Shown: positions 1 to 9,322, counted from the first letter of the stretch. The stretch: DNA of 24,000 nucleotides from Ardenticatenaceae bacterium (GCA_011525915.1 WYBM01000086.1:35711-59710), one strand, 5' to 3'. Program-made: numbers and translations. Notes: a model not told the origin generated them from the sequence alone.

Positions 1-552
1 CTGGAAGCGGGGGCCACCCACATTGACACCAGTGTGTTGGGCATTGGCGAACGCAACGGTATCACACCGTTGGGTGGCCTGATCGCCCGGTTGTACGCCA
101 CAGATGCGGCACTGGTGAAAAAGTACAACCTGCCGCTCATTCGCAACCTGGACAACCTGATCGCCCGGCTGGTGCGGGTAGACATCCCTTTTAACAACAC
201 CATCACCGGTTTTGCCAGCTTTACACACAAGGCCGGTATTCACGCCAAAGCGGTACTAAATAACCCGGCGACTTATGAGATTTTGAAGCCAGAAGATTTT
301 GGCCTGACGCGCTATATTCACGTCGCCCACCGCCTGACAGGGTGGAACGCCGTGAAGGGGCGAGCAGAACAATTGGGATTGTGTCTGGATGATGCTCAGG
401 TGAAATATTTGACAGAGCAAATTAAGAATATGGCGGATCACGGCCGTCTTACCCTTGACGATGTAGACGCGCTATTGTATGAAACCGCTAACCAAAATCT
501 GTTAGTAAAAGGAACAAACCATGGTGAAACAGTTGAGTACAGCCGAACTTGA
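1..552 (+). CDS. Homocitrate synthase (fungal Lys20 / Thermus HCS type), 3' part; CDS begins upstream of the window
   Basis: Frame 1 is open from base 1 ([20 protein letters not shown]...). The motif [28 protein letters not shown]...[17 protein letters not shown] closely resembles the Lys20/HCS C-terminal region as I recall it. Homoaconitase and homoisocitrate dehydrogenase genes follow. Confidence 0.85.
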   Translation: MEAGATHIDTSVLGIGERNGITPLGGLIARLYATDAALVKKYNLPLIRNLDNLIARLVRVDIPFNNTITGFASFTHKAGIHAKAVLNNPATYEILKPEDFGLTRYIHVAHRLTGWNAVKGRAEQLGLCLDDAQVKYLTEQIKNMADHGRLTLDDVDALLYETANQNLLVKGTNHGETVEYSRT

Positions 553-606
553 GGCCGGGCTGCCATTGGTACAGGCCTCACCGCCAGATAGGGGTAAGGA
601 GTGCTC

Positions 607-1839
607 ATGGGACAGACATTAAGCGAGCAAATTTTAGGGCAAAAAGCCGGGCGGCCCGTGCAGCCTGGGGATCTGGTGGTGGTGGAACCAGACGTGGCCA
701 TGGGGCATGATTCCCTGTCACCGGGCATTATCAAGGTCATGCAGGAGCAGTTGGGAACCTCACGTGTCCACAACCCGGCGCAGGTTGTGCTGGTGCTGGA
801 CCACGTAGCCCCAGCCTCCACCGTAGGCGTGGCCGATAACCAGAACCTGGTACGCCGCTTTGCTCAGGAGCAAGGCATTCGGTTATTTGAAGTGGGCCGA
901 GGCATCTGCCACCAGGTGTTAGTGGAAGAACGTATTGCCCGGCCGGGTATGGTGGTGGTGGGGTCAGATTCACACTCCACCAGTTATGGCGCAGTGGGGG
1001 CGTTTGGTACAGGCATGGGGTCTACAGACGTGGCGCTGGTGTGGGCCACCGGCAAAACGTGGCTGCGTGTACCGGAGACGCTGCGTGTTATAACACACGG
1101 CCGTTTCCGTCCTGGTGTAGATGCTAAAGATCTAGCGCTTAAACTAGGCCGCGAACTAACTATCGGCGGGGCTACCTACATGGCTATTGAGTATCATGGG
1201 CTGGCATGGCTGCCACTGCCCGGTCGTCAGACTCTCAGCAGTATGGCCATTGAACTGGGCGCCAAAGCGGGGATCTTCCCGCCGATGGGCGCTGCAGCGG
1301 CAGATTGGGATGTGCCAGACTACCTGTTTGTAGACCCCCAGGCCACCTACGCCCAAACCATAACCATCCACCTGGATGAATTGGAGCCTCAGGTGGCTGT
1401 TCCCCATGCCGTGGATGATGTGGTGGACCTGGGAGCGGTAGCCGGGACAAAAGTAGATGTGATCTTTTTGGGAACGTGTACCAACGGCCGTTATGAAGAC
1501 ATGCGCACCGCCGCCGACATTCTGAAAGGTCGGCAGCTAGCGCCTGGTGTGAGGATGATTGTCAGCCCGGCCAGCCGCCAGGAGTTACAGCGGGCCATTG
1601 CTGATGACACGTTAAATACCCTGCTGGAAGCTGGTGTCACGTTAACGACGCCGGGGTGTGGGCCGTGCATGGGACGGCACCAGGGCACGCTGGGTGAAGG
1701 GGATATCTGCCTTTCTACCGGTAACCGCAATTTTAAGGGGCGCATGGGACACCCTTCGTCGCAAATTTATCTAGCCAGCCCCAGTGTGGCCGCCGCCACG
1801 GCCGTGACAGGGCACATCACCGATCCCCGTGATTTATAA
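607..1839 (+). CDS. Homoaconitase / 3-isopropylmalate dehydratase large subunit (archaeal/Thermus LysT-HacA type aconitase-family protein)
   Basis: About 410 aa with aconitase-family motifs (GSDSHT-like GSDSHSTSYG, CTNGRYED, GCGPCMG). AAGGAG at 595-600 favours ATG 607 over the GTG at 601 listed in the ORF track. MGQTLSEQILGQKAGRPV resembles the Thermus LysT N-terminus. Confidence 0.85.
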   Translation: MGQTLSEQILGQKAGRPVQPGDLVVVEPDVAMGHDSLSPGIIKVMQEQLGTSRVHNPAQVVLVLDHVAPASTVGVADNQNLVRRFAQEQGIRLFEVGRGICHQVLVEERIARPGMVVVGSDSHSTSYGAVGAFGTGMGSTDVALVWATGKTWLRVPETLRVITHGRFRPGVDAKDLALKLGRELTIGGATYMAIEYHGLAWLPLPGRQTLSSMAIELGAKAGIFPPMGAAAADWDVPDYLFVDPQATYAQTITIHLDELEPQVAVPHAVDDVVDLGAVAGTKVDVIFLGTCTNGRYEDMRTAADILKGRQLAPGVRMIVSPASRQELQRAIADDTLNTLLEAGVTLTTPGCGPCMGRHQGTLGEGDICLSTGNRNFKGRMGHPSSQIYLASPSVAAATAVTGHITDPRDL

Positions 1840-1888
1840 AAAGGATAAAGGATGAGAACAAGCTCATCCTCCATAAATGGAGAGAACC

Positions 1889-2386
1889 ATGGCACGCATA
1901 TGGAAATTTAGCGCGGACGTAGATACTGACCAGATTGTCCCTGGGCGGTATGCACCCTACATGTTAAAAGAGGGACAGGATGTGAAAGATTATGCTTTTA
2001 TTGAGGCCCGGCCAGACTTTGCCAGGGCAGCACAGCCCGGTGACATCATTGTCGCCGGGGCAAATTTCGGCTGCGGCTCGTCACGGGAATATGCGCCGGA
2101 GGCGCTGCGGCGGCGGCAGATTGGGGCCATCATTGCCCCTAGTTTTGCCCGCATCTTTTTCCGCAATGCTATCAACCTGGGCATTCCACTGTTTACCGCA
2201 CCGAATGCGGTCATGATGTTAGCCGATGGGGATGAGGTGACCCTGGATCTGGCCCACGGCCGTATCCTGGCCGATCATGTCACGATTGATTTGCCTCCCC
2301 TACCTGATTTTGCTCAGGCAATTATAGCCGCAGGCGGCATCACGGCCTATGTCCGGCAGGTTGGCCGTTTTCCTGGAGAAGTATAG
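1889..2386 (+). CDS. Homoaconitase / 3-isopropylmalate dehydratase small subunit (LysU-HacB / LeuD type 2)
   Basis: MARIWKFSADVDTDQIVPGRYAP is the typical short LeuD-type-2 N-terminus. GGAGAG lies just upstream of ATG 1889. The ORF-track start at 1877 adds 4 residues and has no SD. Confidence 0.85.
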   Translation: MARIWKFSADVDTDQIVPGRYAPYMLKEGQDVKDYAFIEARPDFARAAQPGDIIVAGANFGCGSSREYAPEALRRRQIGAIIAPSFARIFFRNAINLGIPLFTAPNAVMMLADGDEVTLDLAHGRILADHVTIDLPPLPDFAQAIIAAGGITAYVRQVGRFPGEV

Positions 2387-3397
2387 ATGCCCAGGCTGTG
2401 TGTGATCCCCGGTGATGGCATTGGGCAGGAAGTGATTCCAGCGGCCGTTGACGTGCTAACGGCCGTCATCCCCACCCTGGAAACGGTAACGGCTGAAGCG
2501 GGCTGGGGTACGTTTGAAAAGTATGGTGTTTCCGTACCTGAAGAAACGCTAGCCGCTATTCGTGCCTGTGGCGCCGGTTTGTTTGGCGCGGTGTCATCTC
2601 CCTCACGGCGGGTGACGGGGTACCGCAGCGCTATACTGACGCTGCGACAAGAGCTTGAGCTGTATGCCAGCATCCGGCCGGTGAAAAGCTGGCCGCGTGT
2701 CTCCCCCAAGCCAGGCATTGATATGATCATCGTGCGTGAGAATACGGAAGGGCTGTATGTAGGGCGCGAACGGCTGGAGGCAGATGGCGATACGGCCGTG
2801 GCCGAACGCCTCATTACCAGAAAGGCCAGTGAACGGATCGCCCAAAAGGCGCTGGCACTGATGCAAGACCAGCGCCGCCAGCGGCTGACCATCGTACACA
2901 AGGCCAACGTGCTGCCGCTAACAGATGGGCTGTTTCGAGATACGGTGCGTGGGGTTTTTAGAAAGGCACAGTGGGTCCCAGGTGCACACGATATTGAAGT
3001 AGCAGAATTGTTGGTGGATGTAGCCGCCCTAAAAATGATAGCCGAGCCAGAGGAGTTTGATGTGATCATTACCACAAACCTGTTTGGCGACATTCTTTCT
3101 GATGCTGCCGCCTATTGGGGTGGCGGTCTGGGGCTGGCAGCCTCGCTTAACTGGGGAGACGACGTCGCTTTAGCCGAGCCAGTACACGGCTCGGCGCCGG
3201 ATATTGCTGGCAAAGGTATTGCCAACCCGATTGCAGCGATTTTGAGCGGGGCCTTGCTGGTACGGCACAGGTGGGGGCTGGCAGAGGCGGCGGAAAAGAT
3301 AGAGACGGCCGTTGATCATACATTGGCCGATGCATCCTATACATCGTTAGCCACCACAGAAACAATTACCCGGGCTGTTTTGCGACATTTGAAGTGA
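2387..3397 (+). CDS. Homoisocitrate dehydrogenase (isocitrate/isopropylmalate dehydrogenase family, Thermus HICDH-like)
   Basis: 336 aa. Start ATG abuts the upstream stop codon. Motifs [31 protein letters not shown] and [18 protein letters not shown] resemble Thermus HICDH along the length as I recall it. Confidence 0.85.
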   Translation: MPRLCVIPGDGIGQEVIPAAVDVLTAVIPTLETVTAEAGWGTFEKYGVSVPEETLAAIRACGAGLFGAVSSPSRRVTGYRSAILTLRQELELYASIRPVKSWPRVSPKPGIDMIIVRENTEGLYVGRERLEADGDTAVAERLITRKASERIAQKALALMQDQRRQRLTIVHKANVLPLTDGLFRDTVRGVFRKAQWVPGAHDIEVAELLVDVAALKMIAEPEEFDVIITTNLFGDILSDAAAYWGGGLGLAASLNWGDDVALAEPVHGSAPDIAGKGIANPIAAILSGALLVRHRWGLAEAAEKIETAVDHTLADASYTSLATTETITRAVLRHLK

Positions 3398-3433
3398 AAA
3401 AAACAGGCCACCCCATAAATAAAGGGTGGCCTG
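3397..3433 (-). terminator. Rho-independent terminator oriented for the minus strand
   Basis: CAGGCCACCC (3404-3413) pairs with GGGTGGCCTG (3424-3433): a 10-bp GC-rich stem with a 10-nt loop. On the minus strand it is followed by U7 (A-run 3397-3403). On the plus strand there is no U tract. Confidence 0.7.
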
Positions 3434-3579
3434 CCCGTTCACGAAGGAACGGGCGTTGCAGAAATCCGAGAGAGGAGACAACGCCCTGGGCCTGGTTAGC
3501 GGTTGTTCCAGTCGCGTTTCTTTTTGTGCCAGTTTGGGGGAGGTGTGTTTTCTCGAATTCCTTAAACTAACCAGACTTA
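3397..3579 (-). ncRNA. Candidate small RNA (or promoter-bearing 3'UTR-derived RNA); no family recognised
   Basis: It is bounded by an extended -10 promoter (3586-3615) and a 10-bp stem + U7 terminator (3397-3433). There is no ORF on this strand. A 10-bp closing helix (3567-3576 with 3490-3499) has one position that is G-U on the minus-strand RNA but C-A on the plus. Two further perfect 8-bp hairpins lie at 3451-3458/3479-3486 and 3433-3440/3447-3454. An exposed CCUCCCCC tract sits at about 3535-3542. Confidence 0.3.
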
Positions 3580-3585
3580 ATGATG

Positions 3586-3615
3586 ATTATAACAGCATAG
3601 TATCAATTTTGCCAA
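3586..3615 (-). promoter_or_regulatory. Sigma70-like promoter TTGGCA-N18-TATAAT with an extended -10 TGn
   Basis: The minus strand reads agctcTTGGCAaaattgatactatgcTGtTATAATcatca. It lies immediately downstream of the D-aminoacylase stop (3620-3622) and points into a gene-free 220-bp spacer. Confidence 0.4.
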
Positions 3616-3619
3616 GAGC

Positions 3620-5182
3620 TTAGTACCAAATGCCCAATAAAGGGGAAAGAACTCGTCCGGGAACCCGATCTGGCACTGGTTGGCCTTCTGCCAAAATGGT
3701 TATGCCGTTTACTATCACATGGGTAATGCCCACACTATGGTGGTGAGGGTGTATGTATGTGGCCCTGTCAGCGACTGTATCAGGATCAAAAACAACCAGG
3801 TCTGCAAAGTAACCTTCGCGAACTTCACCTCGTTGTCCCAGGTGAAAGCGGCTGGCCGGGAACCCGGTCATTTTGTTCACGGCCGTTTCTAAAGAGAACA
3901 ACCCTTTCTGGCGCACCGCCCAGCCCAACAACCGTGTGGCTGAACCGTACTGACGCGGATGGATCTGGCCACCAGGGAAATAGATGCCGTCACTACCCAT
4001 CAGGTAACGGCTGTGAGCCAAAAAGGGGGCTACCAGGTCATCCTTTCCTAAGTGAAAAACAAGCAGCACAGCCATGCCTTCACTTATCAATAAATCACAC
4101 AAGGCATCGGCCGGGGAAGTGCCGACAGCGGCAATGTATTGGGCCAGTGACTGGCCCTGATAGCTGCTGTTCGTTTTGCTGCTTACCCAGGCAATGGTGA
4201 CGTCCTCTAACGGTGTATCGGCCAGGGTGCGGTTAAAAGCGGTACGCAGGCGCGGCTCTGCCAATTTAGGCAAGGCTGCCAGCGGACCATCTCGCCAGGC
4301 TTCATGGGGCAAGAGGTATTGCAGCATCGTTGAGCTGGGCAGGTAGGGGTAGACATCAAAAGAAAAATCGACCTCATTCACGGCGATGGTGTCAATATAG
4401 TGGAGGATCGCTTCTGCCTCGGCCGGGTCAGCTGCTTTAAGGTGCGAAATGTGAACCGGTACACCCGCTCGTTTGCCAATGTCCACCGCTTCCTGCACCC
4501 CGGCCAGTGTGCCCAGGTTGTAACGCACATGAGTGGTATATACGCCATGAGGGGCTATAAGGCGGCAGGCTGCCACCAATTCATCGGTAGTCGCCAGGCA
4601 TTCGTCGATGTAGTCTAGCCCGGTGGAAATGCCCAATGCACCTTCTTCCATGCCTTGCTGAACCAGACGCTTAATTTCGTACAGTTGAAAATCATCAGGA
4701 AAGCGCTGGCCAAACCCACAGGCCAGGGTTCGCACGTTGGCGTAGGGAATGAAGACAGCGGTGTTTTGGGCCGTACGGCCGTCTAACAAAGCCATATAAT
4801 CACGCAGGTGCCGCCAGCCGGTGTATTCGGCGTATTCCAGGCCGTTTAACGGCCGTAGATAATATACCCACTCCCGCCATGTATGTTCATTGACCGGCGC
4901 GTAGGAGATGCCGTCTAACATAAGAAATTCTGTGGTAAACCCTTGCGTGGTCTTGGAAACCAAGTGCGGCTCTTTCAACAGCCAGGCATCTGAATGAGTA
5001 TGGGCATCAATGAACCCGGGCGCTATGATCTTGCCGGCGGCATCAATGACCTGGGCGGCTGCAGCGGCCCCCAGGCGGCCAACAGCAGCAATACGATCAC
5101 CACGAAGGGCTACATCTGCCTGGTAGCGGGGGGTATTACGGCCGTCAATGACCCAGCCGTTGCGAATAAGCACATCAAACAT
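3620..5182 (-). CDS. N-acyl-D-amino-acid deacylase (D-aminoacylase) family amidohydrolase
   Basis: 520 aa. The N-terminus [14 protein letters not shown]...[12 protein letters not shown] carries the metal-binding HxH typical of the D-aminoacylase family. GAAGGA SD lies upstream of the ATG. Confidence 0.8.
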   Translation of the reverse strand: MFDVLIRNGWVIDGRNTPRYQADVALRGDRIAAVGRLGAAAAAQVIDAAGKIIAPGFIDAHTHSDAWLLKEPHLVSKTTQGFTTEFLMLDGISYAPVNEHTWREWVYYLRPLNGLEYAEYTGWRHLRDYMALLDGRTAQNTAVFIPYANVRTLACGFGQRFPDDFQLYEIKRLVQQGMEEGALGISTGLDYIDECLATTDELVAACRLIAPHGVYTTHVRYNLGTLAGVQEAVDIGKRAGVPVHISHLKAADPAEAEAILHYIDTIAVNEVDFSFDVYPYLPSSTMLQYLLPHEAWRDGPLAALPKLAEPRLRTAFNRTLADTPLEDVTIAWVSSKTNSSYQGQSLAQYIAAVGTSPADALCDLLISEGMAVLLVFHLGKDDLVAPFLAHSRYLMGSDGIYFPGGQIHPRQYGSATRLLGWAVRQKGLFSLETAVNKMTGFPASRFHLGQRGEVREGYFADLVVFDPDTVADRATYIHPHHHSVGITHVIVNGITILAEGQPVPDRVPGRVLSPLLGIWY

Positions 5183-5354
5183 GGCTAATCCTTCTCAGGC
5201 CTGATTATAACCAGGTTCATCAAAAGTAACCCCTGGTGGCTAACCCAAGGTCAGCAAACGCTAAACATATTGATGCAAAACCGGCCATAAACACGCCGTA
5301 AAATTCCCCCTTCTCAGCCGGCCATTTCGTGGTAGGATAGGGGCGGAGGTTGTT

Positions 5355-7052
5355 ATGCCCACTGCCCCACTGCGTAGCACAACGCCAGCCATTGACATAT
5401 ACGTCAAGTTGGCGCAATACCCCATTTTATGTGACCGCATTCGCTTGCGCATGCGCGAAGAATTATTCAGGCGCGGGATCATTGCCAAGACTGAATTTGA
5501 GCAAGAAGTAAAAAACCTGGCCGTGGAGTCACAGCGCCGCGAAGGCTTGAGTACGCCACTCTATCAAGAAGACGAGAGCGCCTGGCAACGTCGGCTGGAC
5601 ACCATTCGTGATTATCATACCGATGCTTATTTCGCCAACAACCTGGGCAGCGCCTTGCTGGAGCAAGTTATTGATGAGGTGCTGCGCAACCAGCATACAG
5701 AAGCTAACAAGACAGAGATAAGTTTTAACCCGGAAATTGCCCCTTGGGCTTTGCTTTTTCAGCAGGGCGAAGCGTATGATGCCCTGCCTCCCCCAGAAAA
5801 AGAGAAAGTAAAACACCATCTGGAAGAAATTAAGGTTGTCCTTATTAAACGGCTTATGAGTGACCAGCTGCCTTTTATTGCCGTGGCTAAGAATGTATTC
5901 CAAATACAGGATTTGCGCTGGATTTATGAGCGGCTCATTGGCCGTGGCAAAATTGGGGGCAAAGCCAGCGGCATGATGTTGGCCTGGAAGATACTGCAGA
6001 TGAATGCCCCGGAATTAGGGCCTAATCTTGGGAAATATATCACCATTCCAGAAACATACTTCATTGGGTCTGAATTGATCTACGAGTTCATCTATTTGAA
6101 CAAGTTAGAACGTTTTGTGAACCAGAAATATCTACCTGACGCCGAAAGACAGGCACAATACCCCCAAATCGTAACCGCGTGCCTGGCCGGCAAGATGCCC
6201 CCTTTTTTAGCAGAACAGTTGCGAGAGGTTTTGGTGCGCCTTGACGGCCGTCCGTTTATTGTGCGCTCTTCCTCTCTGTTAGAAGACCACCTAGATTACT
6301 CATTTGCCGGCAAATATGCTTCTGTTTTTTGTCCAAACCAGGGTAAACCAGAAGATAACCTGACCAATCTACTGAATGCCATCCGCCGTATTTACGCCAG
6401 CACCTTTGATCCCAATGCCATGATCGAACGTGAAAAATATGGTGTAATTGATTACGACGAGCGCATGGCCATTATGATTCAGCCCCTGGTAGGGGAACGG
6501 CATGGTGCTTACTTTTTCCCTACCATTGTGGGCATTGGCTTGAGCGAAAATCCGCTGCACCTGGAAACCAATACACGTAAGGGGGATGGCTGTTTACGGT
6601 TGGTATGGGGATTTGCCGGTCGTGTTACCGGGCAGCAATTTTTACATCAATCTTGTATTATTGCCCTGAGCCATCCCCGTAAACGATCTGGCGAAGCTAT
6701 AGAAAGCAACCTGTTGCAGGCTACACAACAAACCGTCAAAGTTGTTGACCTGGAAACCAATCAATTTGAAGAAGTGCCTGTCCACAAAATTTTGGGGGAA
6801 GGTTATAGTCATTTAGAGGAAGTGGCTACGGCCGTACCCCACGCCGCCCCTGAAGAGCCAGCCTATGCCATAACTTTTGATCGTCTTACCAAAGATCCCA
6901 AATTCGTCAAACTTATGCGTTATACGCTCATGCGCTTGCAGGCTGTTTACGAAAAAGCGGTGGAATTAGAATTTACCCTAATGATCGATAAAACCCCCAC
7001 TGGCCCCCACTATACCCTTTATATCTTGCAGTGCCATACGACGGTCCAGTGA
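5355..7052 (+). CDS. PEP/pyruvate-binding (PPDK_N, ATP-grasp) domain protein with an uncharacterised ~190-aa N-terminal region; no swivel-His or PEP-utiliser TIM domain
   Basis: GGKASGMMLAW, IVRSSSLLEDHLDYSFAGKYAS and a terminal ...LYILQCHTTVQ (equivalent to the QxRP end of the nucleotide-binding domain). GGAGG SD lies 6 nt before the ATG. Confidence 0.7.
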   Translation: MPTAPLRSTTPAIDIYVKLAQYPILCDRIRLRMREELFRRGIIAKTEFEQEVKNLAVESQRREGLSTPLYQEDESAWQRRLDTIRDYHTDAYFANNLGSALLEQVIDEVLRNQHTEANKTEISFNPEIAPWALLFQQGEAYDALPPPEKEKVKHHLEEIKVVLIKRLMSDQLPFIAVAKNVFQIQDLRWIYERLIGRGKIGGKASGMMLAWKILQMNAPELGPNLGKYITIPETYFIGSELIYEFIYLNKLERFVNQKYLPDAERQAQYPQIVTACLAGKMPPFLAEQLREVLVRLDGRPFIVRSSSLLEDHLDYSFAGKYASVFCPNQGKPEDNLTNLLNAIRRIYASTFDPNAMIEREKYGVIDYDERMAIMIQPLVGERHGAYFFPTIVGIGLSENPLHLETNTRKGDGCLRLVWGFAGRVTGQQFLHQSCIIALSHPRKRSGEAIESNLLQATQQTVKVVDLETNQFEEVPVHKILGEGYSHLEEVATAVPHAAPEEPAYAITFDRLTKDPKFVKLMRYTLMRLQAVYEKAVELEFTLMIDKTPTGPHYTLYILQCHTTVQ

Positions 7053-7054
7053 GC

Positions 7055-7108
7055 AGTAGGTTAGTAAGTCGGTAATCAGTCCAAGAACCGATCACCGACT
7101 TACCTACT
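7055..7108. terminator. Long imperfect inverted repeat between convergent genes (possible bidirectional terminator or RNA-stabilising hairpin)
   Basis: Helices of 6 + 9 + 3 bp: AGTAGG/CCTACT, TAAGTCGGT/ACCGACTTA and ATC/GAT. There is a 4-nt bulge and a 12-nt loop, and no U tract on either side. Confidence 0.35.
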
Positions 7109-7126
7109 AAACGCTAATGACCGCTA

Positions 7127-8983
7127 TTACGGCTTCAAAATCACCGGTAAAAAGACCCGTGGGGGGTCAATATAAGCCAGGTGAGATGTCACCATGTCTG
7201 GCAGGCCATCGCCATCCACATCCAGTTCAAAAATAATATCCGTAGGTGCCAGTAAGACAAAATCGGTGAATGCTACCTCCACTGGAATATCAACCGATTG
7301 GCCAGGGGTGATGTTCAACTGCCCGGTGATAACGCTGCCTGGGGGCAGGCCATTCAGACTCACAATAGGCGCGGTATCGGTCATGCCTCTTGACATGGCC
7401 CAGATGCGGTAATCGACTGCACCCCCACCGGCCAACGTCGGAAAGTCACCACCGCCATTATTTGTTACCGTAAAGCTAATGGCCTGGGTAAAACCAAAAG
7501 GAATGCCCCCGGCCAGGCCAGAATTAACGTTGGGGCTGGTCCACCAGTTTGGCGAATAGGACCATAAAGAGGCGTGACAGGTGAAGGTGGTGTTGGTGGC
7601 CAGATTAGTCACAATGGCCTGGAACTGCGCCCACTGCCCCTCCCCGGTAAAGCTGTTGGGGTAATCGATCTGAATATGCACTACGCCATACTGGTATGGG
7701 TTCAAAGATATGGGCAAAGTTGGGGTGAGAACGGTCATTGTGCTTGGCCCCACCAGCTGCACAGTATACGCTTTTTGGGGATCCGTAGAGGCGTTAAAAA
7801 TGTAGATTTCTGTTACCAGGGAAACTTGATCTAAGAAGTGATTGTCCCAGGGAATCATACAAAAGTCATTTTTGCCGCCTTGCCAGTTGCCAAAATCTAC
7901 ATCATGTACCATTTGATTAGGGCCGAGCTGAATGGTGTGTGTGCCCGTTTGCGGGTAAGTTTGCACCCACTGTATCATGTTTTGCCCATTCCACACGGGT
8001 GGCGGCTGTAACTCTGAAACTATATAGGTTCCTGGTGGCAAGCCCATAAACCAGTAGTTGCCTTGATCATCGGTAACAGTGGACGTGATGAAGCCATTCC
8101 CTTGCACCGTGATCGTCCAGTTAGGCAGGCCAGGTTCATCGACGTCTTTTTGGCCGTCACCATCCAGGTCATGGAATTTCATGCCATGAATCTCACCAAA
8201 TTCTTGGGTCCAGTTACCGAAGTTCAGGTTTTCGATAGATTGGGAGGGAACATATAAGAATGTGTAATAGCCAGGAGGCGGGGGAAAGGTTTGTACCCAA
8301 CCTGGCTGCAGCATTTCGGTAACGGTATAGGTGCCGGTCATCAGATCCATGAACCAATAACGGCCGTCTCCCCCCGTGGTTGTGGTCATCACCATGCCAT
8401 TCCCATCCAGTTGGATCGTCCAACCCGGCAGCCCCCACTCGTCGGCATCCCAGACGCCGTTGTTATTGTGGTCATAAAACTTGGCCCCGTGGACACCGCC
8501 ATCCCTGGGACCACCATGGTTGCCAAAATTAATGTCATCAACCTGCTGCCCACCATTAATAATCACCTGATGAACCCCACCACCGCCGGTAGCCGGATCA
8601 GGAAATGTTTGCTGCCAGCCAGGCTGCATTACTTCCATAACGATGTACTGGCCATCCGCCAAATTGTGAAAACAGTAAAATCCATCAGCGTTGGTGGTGG
8701 TAGAAGTAAACCCCCCGCCGCCTTCTAATTGGATTGTCCAGCCAGGCAAGGTGGGTTCCAGACCCAGATCCCAGACACCATTAGCATTTTGGTCATCAAA
8801 CTTTGCACCACAAATGCCACCACCGCCCACGACTGTGCGGGCCAGAGTCCCTTTGGCGGTGGCCAATGAGAACACCAATACCAGGGAAGCCAAGATGAGG
8901 ACGCTCAACAAGGCCATGTATCGATTCGTTTTTGGTAATAGGTGTGAACGTTTACGGGAAGGTCCAAACAGTTGCTCATTCAT
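7127..8983 (-). CDS. Secreted or cell-surface protein with three SdrD B-like (Cna-B-type) repeats and an uncharacterised ~250-aa C-terminal region
   Basis: N-terminal hydrophobic signal/anchor (MALLSVLILASLVLVFSLATAKG). The pattern G.KF.D.N.NG..D..E.GLPGWTI.L.G.G...T..TD..G.Y.F..L..G.Y.V.E...PGW.QT.P repeats three times. AAGGAG lies 8 nt before ATG 8983. Confidence 0.7.
   Translation of the reverse strand: MNEQLFGPSRKRSHLLPKTNRYMALLSVLILASLVLVFSLATAKGTLARTVVGGGGICGAKFDDQNANGVWDLGLEPTLPGWTIQLEGGGGFTSTTTNADGFYCFHNLADGQYIVMEVMQPGWQQTFPDPATGGGGVHQVIINGGQQVDDINFGNHGGPRDGGVHGAKFYDHNNNGVWDADEWGLPGWTIQLDGNGMVMTTTTGGDGRYWFMDLMTGTYTVTEMLQPGWVQTFPPPPGYYTFLYVPSQSIENLNFGNWTQEFGEIHGMKFHDLDGDGQKDVDEPGLPNWTITVQGNGFITSTVTDDQGNYWFMGLPPGTYIVSELQPPPVWNGQNMIQWVQTYPQTGTHTIQLGPNQMVHDVDFGNWQGGKNDFCMIPWDNHFLDQVSLVTEIYIFNASTDPQKAYTVQLVGPSTMTVLTPTLPISLNPYQYGVVHIQIDYPNSFTGEGQWAQFQAIVTNLATNTTFTCHASLWSYSPNWWTSPNVNSGLAGGIPFGFTQAISFTVTNNGGGDFPTLAGGGAVDYRIWAMSRGMTDTAPIVSLNGLPPGSVITGQLNITPGQSVDIPVEVAFTDFVLLAPTDIIFELDVDGDGLPDMVTSHLAYIDPPRVFLPVILKP
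7883..8818 (-). repeat. Three tandem ~100-aa domain repeats inside the surface-protein CDS
   Basis: Approximately residues 56-156, 163-257 and 264-367 align with each other at the protein level. Each ends in (I/L/V)NFGN(H/W) or DFGNW. Confidence 0.6.
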
Positions 8984-9322
8984 TTCTTACGCTCCTTTTG
9001 GTCAAGTCAAGTAACGGCCGCTCAACTCCTGGGATAATGCCATCATAAATCAAACAAGAAAGGGTGAGGGGTAGTTACAATCAGGTTAAATCTAATAAAC
9101 CCATCAACAGGGCAACAACAAGCCTACCATATCAATAAGCACCTCCTGAATTTTGTTTTACTAACTGGAGCCAGGCGAGTTTTAGAACCCTCTCTAGTGT
9201 GTAAGGCAATGGGGCAAATCGCGCCACACTGGAAAATTCAAAAAGCCAATGTCCAGTTACCGGTACACATAGGGGAATAATGTATGTGATTGTAGCAGAA
9301 CAATGGGTAAATCGTAAATCTA

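Noticed and set aside
1849-1870. An 8-bp hairpin (AGGATGAG/CTCATCCT) between the dehydratase large- and small-subunit genes, considered as an internal terminator
   Set aside because: It has a short stem and no U tract, and it lies between two subunit genes that must be co-expressed. It is more likely an incidental or mRNA-stability intercistronic structure.
3426-3623. A 65-aa plus-strand ORF in the convergent spacer
   Set aside because: It has a GTG start inside a terminator stem, no SD, a Cys/Ser-rich improbable sequence, and runs through three stable hairpins. The region is better explained as non-coding RNA or UTR.
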